NCBI GenBank assembly: GCA_964016885.1
Contig: OZ024766.1
Location: forward strand, 12,586,001-12,650,000
Origin: Eledone cirrhosa
Taxonomy: Eukaryota
Direction: 5' to 3'
DNA length: 64,000 bases
Part shown: piece after piece, positions 1-11,393 of the stretch
How the letters are laid out: each line of letters starts with the position of its first letter
Numbering within the stretch: the stretch's first letter is position 1
Program-made: the position numbers and the translations under genes
Notes under the pieces: generated by a model
The model's input: only the letters and a program-made list of their open reading frames with translations
Database searches by the model: none
Told to the model about the DNA's origin: nothing

Positions 1-164
1 ACACACACATATATATACACACACACATATATATACACACACACATATATATATACACACACACACATATATATACACACACACACACATATATATACAC
101 ACATATATATATACACACATACACATATATATATACACACACACATATATATACACACACACAC

Positions 165-195
<31 letters not shown>

Positions 196-416
196 TATAT
201 ACACACACACATATACACACACATATATATACACACACACATATATATATACACACACACACACACACATATATACACACACACATATATATATATATAC
301 ACACACATATATATATACACACACACATATATATATATATATACACACACACATATATATACACACACACATATATATACACACACACACACACATTTAT
401 ATATACACACACACAC

Positions 417-472
<56 letters not shown>
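1..472. repeat. Compound (CA)n/(TA)n dinucleotide microsatellite
   Basis: Alternating ACAC and ATAT tracts from position 1 to ~472, truncated by the window start. Confidence 0.98.
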
Positions 473-473
<1 letters not shown>

Positions 474-475
474 GG

Positions 476-640
476 TATCATCATCATCAACATTTAACGT
501 CCATCTTCCACGCTAGCATGGGTTAGACGGTTTTGTTCCATTTCATGCGGAAATGTTTGGAAGACCGTGTCTCGCTCACATGGAAGTCTCTCTGGCAGAT
601 TTTGTTTTACAGCTGGATGCCCTTCCTAACACCAACCACC
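476..640 (-). mobile_element. 3' terminus of an RTE-type LINE or RTE-tailed SINE ((GAT)n tail plus terminal stem-loop)
   Basis: (CAT)n then TTTAACGTCCATCTTCCACGCTAGCATGGGTTAGACGG and TACAGCTGGATGCCCTTCCTAACACCAACC, both shared with the LINE 3' end at 15236-15400. Confidence 0.85.
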
Positions 641-3600
641 TTACAGTGTGGACTGGGAGCCTTTTTACCGTGTCTCCTACACGACCACTTTACAGTGTGG
701 ACTGGGAGCCTTTTTACTGTGTCTCCTATACGACCACTTTACAGTGTGGACTGGGAGCCTTCTTACTGTGTCTCCTACATGACCACCTTACAGTGTGGAC
801 TGGGAGCCTTTTTACCGTGTCTCCTACACGACCACTTTACAGTGTGGACTGGGAGCCTTTTTACTGTGTCTCCTATACGACCACTTTACAGTGTGGACTG
901 GGAGCCTTCTTACTGTGTCTCCTACATGACCACCTTACAGTGTGGACTGGGAGCCTTTTTACTGTGTCTGCTACATGATCACTTTACAGTGTGGACTGGG
1001 AGCCTTTTTACTGTGTCTCCTACATGACCACTTTACAGTGTGGACTGGGAGCCTTCTTACTGTGTCTCCTACATGACCACCTTACAGTGTGGACTGGGAG
1101 CCTTCTTACTGTGTCTCCTACATGACCACCTTACAGTGTGGACTGGGAGCCTTTTTACTGTGTCTCCTACATGACCACTTTACAGTGTGGACTGGGAGCC
1201 TTTTTGCTGTGTCTACTACATGACCACTTTATAGTGTGGACTGGGAGCCTTTTTACTGTGTCTCCTACATCACCACTTTACATTGTGGACTGGGAGCCTT
1301 TTTACTGTCTCCTACATGACCACTTTACATTGTGGACTGGGAGCCTTTTTACTGTGTCTCCTACATGACCACTTTACAGTGTGGACTGGGAGCCTTTTTA
1401 CTGTGTCTCCTACATGACCACTTTACAGTGTGGACTGGGAGCATTTTTACTGTGTCTCCTACATGACCACTTTACAGTGTGGACTGGGAGCCTTTTTACT
1501 GTCTCCTACATGACCACCTTACAGTGTTGACTGGGAGCCTTTTTACTGTGTCTCCTACATGACCACCTTACAGTGTTGACTGGGAGCATTTTTACTGTGT
1601 CTCCTACATGACCACCTTACAATGTAGACTGGGAGCCTTTTTACTGTGTCTCCTACACGATCACTTTACAGTGTGGACTGGGAGCCTTTTTACTGTGTCT
1701 CCTACATGACCACCTTACAGTGTTGACTGGGAGCCTTTTTACTGTGTCTCCTACATGACCACTTTACAGTGTGGACTGGGAGCCTTTTTACTGTGTCTCC
1801 TCCACTACCACTTTACAGTGTGGACTGGGAGCCTTTTTACTGTGTCTCCTACATAACCACTTTACAGTGTGGACTGGGAGCCTTTTTACTGTAACTCCTA
1901 CACAACCACTTTACAGTGTGGACTGGGAGCCTTTTTACTGTGTCTCCTACACAACCACTTTACAGTGTGGACTGGGAGCCTTTTTACTGTGTCTCCTACA
2001 CAACCACTTTACAGTGTGGACTGGGAGCCTTTTTACTGAGTCTCCTATACAACCACTTTACAGTGTGGACTGGGAGCCTTTTCACCGTGTCTCCTACACT
2101 ACCACTTTACAGTGTGGACTGGGAGCCTTTTTACTGTGTCTCCTACACAACCACTTTACAGTGTGGACTGGGAGCCTTTTCACCGTGTCTCCTACACAAC
2201 CACTTTACAGTATGGACTGGGAGCCTTTTTACTGTGTCTCCTACATGACCACTATACAGTGTGGACTGGGAGCCTTTTTACTGTGTCTCCTACACGGCCA
2301 CCTTACAGTGTGGACTGGGAGCCTTTTTACTGTGTCTCCTACACAACCACTTTACAGTGTACTCTGGGAGCCTTTTTACCGTGTCTCCTACACAACCACT
2401 TTACAGTGTGGACTGGGAGCCTTTTTACTGTGTCTTCTACACAACCACTTTGTAGTGTGGACTGGGAGCCTTTTTACTGAGTCTCCTACATGACCACTTT
2501 ACAGTGTGAACTGATAGCCTTTTTACTGTGTCTCCTACACGACCACTTTACAGTGTAGACTGGGAGCCTTTTTACTGTGTCTCCTACATGACCACTTTAT
2601 AGTGTAGACTGGGAGCCTTTTTACTGTGTCTCCTACATGACCACTTTACAGTGTGGACTGGGAGCCTTTTTACTGTGTCTCCTACATGACCACCTTACAG
2701 TGTGGACTGGGAGCCTTTTTACTGTGTCCCCTACACAACCACTTTACAGTGTGGACTGGGAGCCTTTTTACCGTGTCTCCTACATGACCACTTTACAGTG
2801 TGGACTGGGAACCTTTTTACTGTCTCCTACATGACCACTTTACAGTGTGGACTGGGAGCATTTTTACTGTGTCTCATACATGACCACTTTACAGTGTAGA
2901 CTGGGAGCCTTTTTACTGTGTCTCCTACATCACCACTTTACATTGTGGACTGGGAGCCTTTTTACTGTCTCCTACATGACCACTTTACATTGTGGACTGG
3001 GAGCCTTTTTACTGTGTCTCCTCCACTACCACTCTACAGTGTGGACTGGGAGCCTTTTTACTGTGTCTCCTACATAACCACTTTACAGTGTGGACTGGGA
3101 GCCTTTTTACTGTAACTCCTACACAACCACTTTACAGTGTGGACTGGGAGCCTTTTTACTGAGTCTCCTATACAACCACTTTACAGTGTGGACTGGGAGC
3201 CTTTTCACCGTGTCTCCTACACTACCACTTTACAGTGTGGACTGGGAGCCTTTTTACTGTGTCTCCTACACAACCACTTTACAGTGTGGACTGGGAGCCT
3301 TTTTACTGTGTCTCCTACATGACCACTATACAGTGTGGACTGGGAGCCTTTTTACTGTGTCTCCTACACGGCCACCTTACAGTGTGGACTGGGAGCCTTT
3401 TTACTGTGTCTCCTACACAACCACTTTACAGTGTACTCTGGGAGCCTTTTTACCGTGTCTCCTACATAACCACTTTACAGTGTGGACTGGGAGCCTTTTT
3501 ACTGTGTCTTCTACGCAACCACTTTACAGTGTGGACTGGGAGCCTTTTTACTGTAACTCCTACACAACCACTTTACAGTATGGACTGGGAGCCTTTTTAC

Positions 3601-5439
3601 TGTGTCTCCTACACAACCACTTTACAGTGTGGACTGGGAGCCTTTTTACTGTGTCTCCTACACAACCACTTTACAGTGTGGACTGGGAGCCTTTTTACTG
3701 AGTCTCCTATACAACCACTTTACAGTGTGGACTGGGAGCCTTTTCACCGTGTCTCCTACACTACCACTTTACAGTGTGGACTGGGAGCCTTTTTACTGTG
3801 TCTCCTACACAACCACTTTACAGTGTGGACTGAGAGCCTTTTCACCGTGTCTCCTACACAACCACTTTACAGTATGGACTGGGAGCCTTTTTACTGTGTC
3901 TCCTACATGACCACTATACAGTGTGGACTGGGAGCCTTTTTACTGTGTCTCCTACACGGCCACCTTACAGTGTGGACTGGGAGCCTTTTTACTGTGTCTC
4001 CTACACAACCACTTTACAGTGTACTCTGGGAGCCTTTTTACCGTGTCTCCTACACAACCACTTTACAGTGTGGACTGGGAGCCTTTTTACTGTGTCTTCT
4101 ACACAACCACTTTATAGTGTGGACTGGGAGCCTTTTTACTGAGTCTCCTACATGACCACTTTACAGTGTGAACTGATAGCCTTTTTACTGTGTCTCCTAC
4201 ACGACCACTTTACAGTGTAGACTGGGAGCCTTTTTACTGTGTCTCCTACACAACCACTTTACAGTGTACTCTGGGAGCCTTTTTACCGTGTCTCCTACAC
4301 AACCACTTTACAGTGTGGACTGGGAGCCTTTTTACTGTGTCTTCTACGCAACCACTTTATAGTGTGGACTGGGAGCCTTTTTACTGAGTCTCCTACATGA
4401 CCACTTTACAGTGTGAACTGGGAGCCTTTTTACTGTGTCTCCTACACAACCACTTTACAGTGTGGACTGGGAGCCTTTTTACTGTGTCTCCTACACAACC
4501 ACTTTACAGTGTGGACTGGGAGCCTTTTTACCATGTCTCCTACATGACCACTTTACAGTGTGGACTGGGAGCCTTTTTACTGTGTCTCCTACATGACAAC
4601 TTTACAGTGTGGACTTGGAGCCTTTTTACTGTGTCTACTACACAACCACTTTACAGTGTGGACTGGGAGCCTTTTTACTGTGTCTCCTACACGACCACCT
4701 TACAGTGTTGACTGGGAGACTTTTTACTGTGTCTCCTACATGACCACTATACAGTGTGGACTGGGAGCCTTTTTACTGTGTCTCCTACACAACCACTTTA
4801 CAGTGTGGACTGGGAGCCTTTTTACCATGTCTCCTACATGACCACTTTACAGTGTGGACTGGGAGCCTTTTTACTGTGTCTCCTACATGACCACTTTACA
4901 GTGTGGACTGGGAGCCTTTTTACTGTGTCTCCTACACAACCACTTTACAGTGTGGACTGGGAGCCTTTTTACTGTGTCTCCTACACGACCACCTTACAGT
5001 GTTGACTGGGAGACTTTTTACCGTGTCTCCTACATGACCACTTTACAGTGTGGACTGGGAGCCTTTTTACTGTCTCCTACATGACCAATTTACAGTGTGG
5101 ACTGGGAGCCTTTTTACTGTCTCCTACATGACCACTTTACAGTGTGGACTGGGAGCCTTTTTACCGTGTCTCCTACATGACCACTTTACAGTGTGGACTG
5201 GGAGCCTTTTTACCGTGTCTCCTACATGACCACTTTACAGTGTGGACTGGGAGCCTTTTTACTGTCTCCTACATGACCAATTTACAGTGTGGACTGGGAG
5301 CCTTTTTACTGTCTCCTACATGACCACTTTACAGTGTGGACTGGGAGCCTTTTTACCGTGTCTCCTACATGACCACTTTACATTGTGGACTGGGAGCCTT
5401 TTTACTGTCTCCTACATGACCACTTTACAGTGTGGACTG
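641..5439. repeat. 49-bp minisatellite array, ~98 copies (occasional 47-bp units), derived from the RTE 3' UTR repeat unit
   Basis: Consensus TTACAGTGTGGACTGGGAGCCTTTTTACTGTGTCTCCTACATGACCACT. The first unit matches the 49-bp SINE/LINE tail unit (e.g. 6864-6960) at about 40/49 by hand alignment and begins exactly where that unit begins in the element. Confidence 0.97.
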
Positions 5440-5719
5440 TTGTGTCATCAACACAGTGGATGGAACGGGAGAGGGAGGATGGGGTAGGGTGTGTGGTGTG
5501 GGTTGTACATTGGGTTAAGAGGTGCCTATTGACTGTTGGTATGTATGCAATGGCAGTCGAGTTTTCTGTACAACTGCATGGCGCCAAAGGTCTCGATCCA
5601 TGTATATATGGGTCTGCCAATTTCATTTTACATTGTTTATTATTTTGAGAACAATACGATAATGTTAGTATGAGCACAGCTGCTTACAGCCGGTTTGAAC
5701 AGAAAGAGGTGAGTGAATT

Positions 5720-6710
5720 CTGGCTGGATACTACGGTGTGTAGGAGAAGATTGCAGAGGTATGGACATGAGATGTGTATGATGGATGACAGGAGTATAAA
5801 ATGGTGCAGGAAATTCAAGGTTGATGAAAGCTATGGAAGAAGGAGACCTATGAAAACTTGGGGTGAGGTGATAAAAGTTGACCTCACACAATAACACCTC
5901 TAATAGGTGATGACATAGGATTGAGATCTCTGGCATTATGCAGTACTGCAGAAGTCCTGACTTCCCATGTGCTGTAGATGAAGCAAAATCTAGAGGTGTC
6001 TAGTATAAACCAGTTCTACCTTTCCCCCCTTCCATACACCTGCTATATCTTAACACTTCTCTCTTCACCAACTAACTATCCCACCCTAGACCTACCTCTC
6101 CCATACCCACCCTACATTCTTACTTTGCACATCTGAGGCACCTCTTTGGACCAACCCATGGAAAGATAAACACTGTCTCCCACAATGCTGCTGAAATGGC
6201 TGAAGGTCTCAGTCAAGCCTGTAAGGGGGTCATGCTGGTGACACCACCAAAACCCCTAGTCCACCATCTAAGGTGTTCATGGTGGTGCCATGACAAAAGA
6301 GTACCTAGTACTCCTTGTAAGGTAACATGACAAAAGAGCAGCTAACCCACCAGGTAAGGTGTTCATGGTGGTGCCATGACAAAAGAGTACCTAGTACTCC
6401 TTGTAAGGTAACATGACAAAAGAGCAGCTAACCCACCAGGTAAGGTGTTCATGGTGGTGCCATGACAAAAGAGTACCTAGTACTCCTTGTAAGGTAACAT
6501 GACAAAAGAGCAGCTAACCCACCAGGTAAGGTGCTCATGTTGGTGCCACAACAGTTAGTCACTCTTTCAGGTGGTCATTTAAATGACTCGATATGAGGCG
6601 CCGAGACCATCCTGTAAAGTGATCATGATAGTGGCATGCCTGATGCGCCCAGTCTGCTCTGTGGAGGCATCACAAAATGCACCCAGTCCATCCTCTAGAG
6701 CAGATGTTCT
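5720..6710 (+). mobile_element. Degenerate, 5'-truncated RTE LINE: ORF C-terminus plus 3' UTR with decayed ~49-bp units
   Basis: RRRLQRYGHEMCMMDDRSIKWCRKFKVDESYGRRRPMKTWGEVIKVDLTQ*HL**VMT*D*DLWHYAVLQKS aligns to the C-terminus of the 691-aa RTE ORF (ERRLRWYGHVMRMKDDSCIKRC...TWDEVIKADLTQLHL...DFWCHAVIQS). 3' boundary is approximate. Confidence 0.8.
6269..6548. repeat. 86-bp tandem repeat x ~3.2 (49-bp + 37-bp subunits)
   Basis: AGGTGTTCATGGTGGTGCC recurs at 6271, 6357 and 6443, with a variant at 6529 (period 86). Confidence 0.95.
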
Positions 6711-6747
6711 CAAAGTGGACACTATCAAATGATACATATATATACAG

Positions 6748-7140
6748 TCATCATCATCATCATCATCATTTTACGTCTGCTTTTCCCTGCTTGCAAGGGT
6801 GGGACGGGAACTGATTCTGGCTTGATTTCTACAGCCGGATGCCCTTCCTAACACCAACCTCATTTACAGTGAGTGCTGGGTGCTTTTTTGCCGTGGCACC
6901 TCCACAACCACTTTACAGTGAGTGGTGGGTGCTTTTTTGCCGTGGCACCTCCACGACCACTTTGCAGTGGAATGATAGGGACCCCAGTCCCTATCATCTC
7001 ATTTCTACAGCTGAGTAAACTGGAGCAATGTGAAATAAAGTGTCTTGCTCAAGGAAACAACACATCACCGGGTCTGAGAATTGAACTCACAACCTTTCGA
7101 TTGCAAGGCCAATGCTCTAACCACTAAGCCATGTGCCTCC
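6748..7140 (-). mobile_element. tRNA-derived CORE-like SINE with RTE-derived tail (family A, 2 x 49-bp units)
   Basis: Minus strand: GGAGGCACATGGCTTAGTGG (A box), GTTCAATTC (B box), CCTTGAGCAAGACACTT...CAGTTTACTCAGCTGTAGAAATGAG (resembles the MIR CORE domain), RTE-like 3' UTR, (GAT)n tail. Confidence 0.9.
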
Positions 7141-7224
7141 ATTGTGTACCCCTGGAATTCATGGTCCTGGTTATTTGCGGAATTTTCCTTAGAACCTAAC
7201 TAATAATTGTTCATGGAAACCACC

Positions 7225-7508
7225 TCATCATCATCATCATCATTTTACGTCCGCCTTTTCTTACTTGCAAGGGTGGGAAGGGTCTTATGAAGCATGGCAT
7301 TTCTCCATATGTCACGGTCCTTTGTCATCTCCTTCGTGAGCTTCAGCGATCTGAGGTCTGCTCTCAGCACCTCCGTCCATGTTTTTCGTGGTCTTCCTAC
7401 TACTGGAATTCTTGGCACTTCTTTACCCAGCGGTCATCCTCCATGTACATCACATGTCCATACCAACGCAGTCTTCTCTCCCGCACACTACAGCCTATCC
7501 CTCTTATA
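7225..7508 (-). mobile_element. 3' fragment of a second RTE LINE family with a very short 3' UTR
   Basis: Minus strand translates IRGIGCSVRERRLRWYGHVMYMEDDRWVKKCQE...GRPRKTWTEVLRADLRSLKLTKEMTKDRDIWRNAMLHKT, followed by CCCACCCTTGCAAG...GGACGTAAAA(TGA)n. Confidence 0.85.
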
Positions 7509-7588
7509 CACAGTTTATTCATGGAATTGTAAATATCTTCCACGATTTTTTAAATGTCTTTTTTCATGGCCATATATATATTTTAAGG

Positions 7589-8079
7589 GCTGTGAATTGG
7601 CAGTATCGGTAGAGGGTCGGACGCCGTGCTTTGACGTATAGAGTTACGGCCCTTGCCATTCTGAGTTCAAATCCCGCCGAAGTTAACTTTGCCTTTCATC
7701 CTTACGGGGTCAATAAAATAAAGTACCAGTAATGTACTGAGTAATTGCTGGCCTTGTCCCAAAAATAGAAACAATTATTACAGGGTCGATAAAATAAAGT
7801 ACCAGTAATGTACTGGGTAATTGCTGGCCTTGTGCCTAAAAGTAGAAACAATTATTACAGGGTCGATAAAATAAAGTACCAGTAATGTACTGGATAATTG
7901 CTGGCCTTGTCCCCAAAATAGAAACAATTATTACAGGGTCGATAAAATAAAGTACCAGTAATACACTGGGATAATTGCTGGCCTTGTCCCAAAATAGAAA
8001 CAATTATTACAGGGTCGATAAAATAAAGTACCAGTAATGTACTGGATAATTGCTGGCCTTCTGCCTAAAAGTAGAAACA
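7589..8079 (+). mobile_element. SINE family B with its 3' ~76-bp segment repeated 5 times; 15-bp TSD
   Basis: GTGAATTGGCAGTATCGG...GAGTTCAAATCCCGCC (B box)...GCCTTTCATCCTTACGGGGTC. Tail units start at ~7708, 7783, 7860, 7936 and 8012. TSD ATATATATTTTAAGG at 7574-7588 and 8080-8094. Confidence 0.9.
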
Positions 8080-8257
8080 ATATATATTTTAAGGCTAAAT
8101 TATTAATAAAGAAATATGTGAAAATCCAAACCCCGTTTTTAAGCCAAAGTATATAAGCTACCCCACCACTTTACCGTCAAAGTTTTTTGGTCACATATTC
8201 CTTGGCTTATATTTGAATATATACAATAAGTACATACATGTGTCTGTCTGTTTTTTT

Positions 8258-8755
8258 TCTTTATGTCCGTTCTTCCACGCTAGCATGGGTTAGACGGGTT
8301 GTCATGTTGTGGGCAGTGTCCAGTCGGCTGACCTTGTCTTGCTCATACGGGAACTGATTCTGGCTTGATTTCTACAGCTGGATGCCCTTCCTAACACCAA
8401 CCTCATTTACAGTGAGTGCTGGGTGCTTTTTTGCTGTGGCACCTCCACGACCACTTTGCAGTGGAATGATATGGACCCCAGTCCTATCATCTCATTTCTA
8501 CAGCTGGATGCCCTTCCTTACACCAACCTCATTTACAGTGAGTGCTGGGTGCTTTCTTGCCGTGGCACCTCCACGACCACTTTGCAGTGGAATGATATGG
8601 ACCCCAGTCCCTATCATCTCATTTCTACAGCTGAGTAAACTGGAGCAATGTGAAATAAAGTGTCTTGCTCAAGGAAACAACACATCACCCGGTCCGAGAA
8701 TTGAACTCACAACCTTTCGATTGCAAGCCCAATGCTCTAACCACTAAGCCATGTG
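8258..8755 (-). mobile_element. SINE family A copy with long RTE tail and internal 126-bp duplication
   Basis: Same tRNA/CORE-like head as 6748-7140. The tail matches the LINE 3' UTR at 15257-15400. ATTTCTACAGCTG occurs at ~8368, 8494 and 8621. Confidence 0.9.
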
Positions 8756-9289
8756 TGTGTGTGTAACAAAATATTCACATAAAACATTTTGCCAGCCTAT
8801 TAGATGTCTCTTCGCATAAGACACTCCCTCTTTTTTTTAAATTATATTTTATGTTGTTTTGACGTTTATAGGCATTTTTATGGACCAGTTATTCACTCTT
8901 CGCGGGTGCTCTAAGAATACTGGGGGACAACTATATAGTAATACAAAAAATATATATTTTATTTATACATATATATCTATATATATATATATCTATATCC
9001 AAAATTAAGATAAATCAAAGTGAATTTAATCTAAATCAAAATTATGGGTGTCATGCCAGAAAGGCATGCACCATCTCACCCGTAAACTTGGTTTACCATT
9101 CGATTAATTGGTGAAATATATTTCTTTAATGGAATATATACAGGGAAGATTAATCATATTATAAGGTATCTATTTTTTAAGTTCCAGTTAACTTTATTCA
9201 GTTAACTACCTAGCTATGTGTGCTTGCACACTTGTAAAAATTATCCCTATGATTGTTTCATATGTTTATTTATATGTTAATCAATTTCT

Positions 9290-9665
9290 AGTTGTTATAT
9301 CTATATAGTTGTTATATCTATGTAGTTCCTGTCTTTAGTTTGTTTTTTTGTTTGTTTGTTCACAAACTCCTATGGTTTGGGAGATAGACCCCCATAACCA
9401 TATATATTCTGAAACTACATTGCCCAGGGTACTTGGATAAGTATATTTCACTTTAATCAAAATTTTCAGTGGGGGTTTGTGCCCCTGGGTCACAAACCCC
9501 CGCTGAATATTTTTTCTCTTCGATTTATATGAAATTTAAACCATAGATAAATAACAACATATGATGCCTATTCACAAAAATTCAGCAAATTTCAATAATA
9601 TTAAGACACCCTAATGGGGGTTAAACCCCCTAGAGTGAAACTTTTGGAAGCCCAAATTAAATAAT
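9290..9665. mobile_element. Possible non-autonomous DNA/rolling-circle (Helitron-like) element fragment
   Basis: Short tandem (TAGTTGTTATATCTATA)x2, a (TTTG)n tract, a 23-bp inverted repeat at 9459-9513 and a GGGGG-TTAAA-CCCCC hairpin at 9616-9630. No clear termini, so the class call is an inference. Confidence 0.3.
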
Positions 9666-9677
9666 GCTTTACACAAT

Positions 9678-10168
9678 GGAGGCACATGGCTTAGTGGTGA
9701 GAGCATTGGGCTTGCAATCGAAAGGTTGTGAGTTCAATTCTCAGACCGGGTGATGTGTTGTTCCCTTGAGCAAGACACTTTATTTCACATTGCTCCAGTT
9801 TACTCAGCTGTAGAAATGAGATGATAGGGACTGGGGTCCATATCATTCCACTGCAAAGTGGTCGTGGAGGTGCCACGGCAAAAAAGCACCCACCACTCAC
9901 TGTAAAGTAGTCGTGGAGGTGCCACGGCAAAAAAGCACCCAGCCCACACTGCAAAGTGGTCGTGGAGGTGCCACGGCAAAAAAGCACCCACCACTCACTG
10001 TAAAGTGGTTGTGGAGGTGCCACGGCAAAAAAGCACCCAGCAGTCACTGTAAATGAGGTTGGTGTTAGGAAGGGCATCCGGCTGTAGAAATCAAGCCAGA
10101 ATCAGTTCCCGTCCCACCCTTGCAAGCAGGGAAAAGTGGACGTAAATGAAATGATGATGAATGATGAA
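9678..10168 (+). mobile_element. SINE family A copy with 4 x 49-bp units
   Basis: Near-identical reverse complement of 6748-7140 with two extra 49-bp units (units at 9850-10046). Ends CCCACCCTTGCAAGCAGGGAAAAGTGGACGTAAA plus an ATG-rich tail. Confidence 0.9.
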
Positions 10169-10271
10169 GGAGATTATTTCTTTGGTTGTTTAGTAACAAC
10201 TAACAACACAACACATTGATTACATGTGAAGAGGGTAAGTTGAGAAAGATTTACTTGAAGTCTATAATAAT

Positions 10272-10455
10272 TATTTCTACTTTAGGCACAAGGCCAGCAA
10301 TTACCCAGTGCATTACTGGTACTTTATTTTATCGACCCCGTAAGGATGAAAGGCAAAGTCAACCTCGGCGGGATTTGAACTCAGATTGTAAAGGGACGTA
10401 ACTATGGTGGAAAGCATGGCGTCCGACTCTCTGCCGATACTGCCAATCCACCGCC
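10272..10455 (-). mobile_element. SINE family B
   Basis: Reverse complement of 12625-12816. Candidate TSD ATAATAAT (10264-10271 / 10456-10463). Confidence 0.9.
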
Positions 10456-11208
10456 ATAATAATGTGTGTAAATAATAGAATTATGTGAACCTTTCAACGA
10501 TACAGTAATTATATACAAGTGAAAATATTTAACAACTTCGGACATATTTCTTCCTCGTCACTTTTATATACAGGAAAATACTTCTAGACTGAAATGTTGT
10601 CTTATTTTACAATAGCTAGATACTACTGTTACATGTGATATAAAATAGATTGTTATTATGACTGTCTTAATTATTTAAATTACCTCCGTCTATTTAATCA
10701 TGTGGTTTACTTCCTTGTAGTATAATATGTAGTTTAGGTAAACTTATACAACACACCCCTCCATTTCAGTTAGATTTAACCTAATCTAACTTCCAAGATT
10801 CTCACAATCGATTTTTATCTGGAGAACAGAAACCCTAATCCGGGAGAAAAAGACAATTAGGAGCACCTTGGGGGTCAGATTAGTTGATAGCACAAGAAGA
10901 AAAAAAAGAGTTCATTTTCCCCCACGATCGTCATTTCTACTCCCTTTCATCCTAGTTTTTCTATAAATCTAGTCATTTCCTACTTGTTGGGAGGTGACAT
11001 TCGTTAATAACACTCGGAAAGAAAAATGGTTGGGTAAACTCCGAGAAGGGGGGAGGGGGGGGAGCCCATCCCATCCCAACATTTCAATCTTGCTGGACAA
11101 AATGCGAGCACCTTGGAGGTCAGATTAGTTGATAGCACACGAAAAAAAAACAAACAGGGGAAATGTTTTCCCACACTGATACCAAAGCAGGGTGTTCTTC
11201 TATAATAA

Positions 11209-11393
11209 CAGTTTCTACATTAGGCACAAGGCCAGCAATAACCCCAGTGTCTTACTGATACTTTATTTTATCGACTCCTTAAGGATGAAAGGCAAAGTTA
11301 ACCTTAGCGGGATTTGAACTCAGACCGTAAAGGGGCGTAACTCTATGCTGCAAAGCATGGCGTCTCACACTCTACTGATACTGCCAATCTAAA
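11209..11393 (-). mobile_element. SINE family B
   Basis: Reverse complement of the family B sequence. Candidate TSD CTATAATAA (11200-11208 / 11394-11402). Confidence 0.88.

Noticed and set aside
641-5439. Common origin of the 49-bp and 77-bp arrays (both give LQCGL; CAGTGTGG(A/T)CT)
   Set aside because: Only an 11-bp match in opposite orientation, and each array has a separate, better-supported origin.
533-5487. Many + strand ORFs up to 306 aa (TTLQCGLGAFLL.../WTGSLFTVSPT...)
   Set aside because: Cyclic translation of the 49-bp repeat through all three frames, with stops placed by random variants and no domain motifs.
7708-8079. ~76-bp SINE tail repeat as source of the 77-bp satellite
   Set aside because: Similar period only. 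The sequences are unrelated.
9678-9755. tRNA genes at SINE heads (also ~7065-7140 and ~8685-8755)
   Set aside because: A/B boxes are present but continue into CORE-like and RTE tail sequence, with no clean acceptor stem or poly-T terminator.
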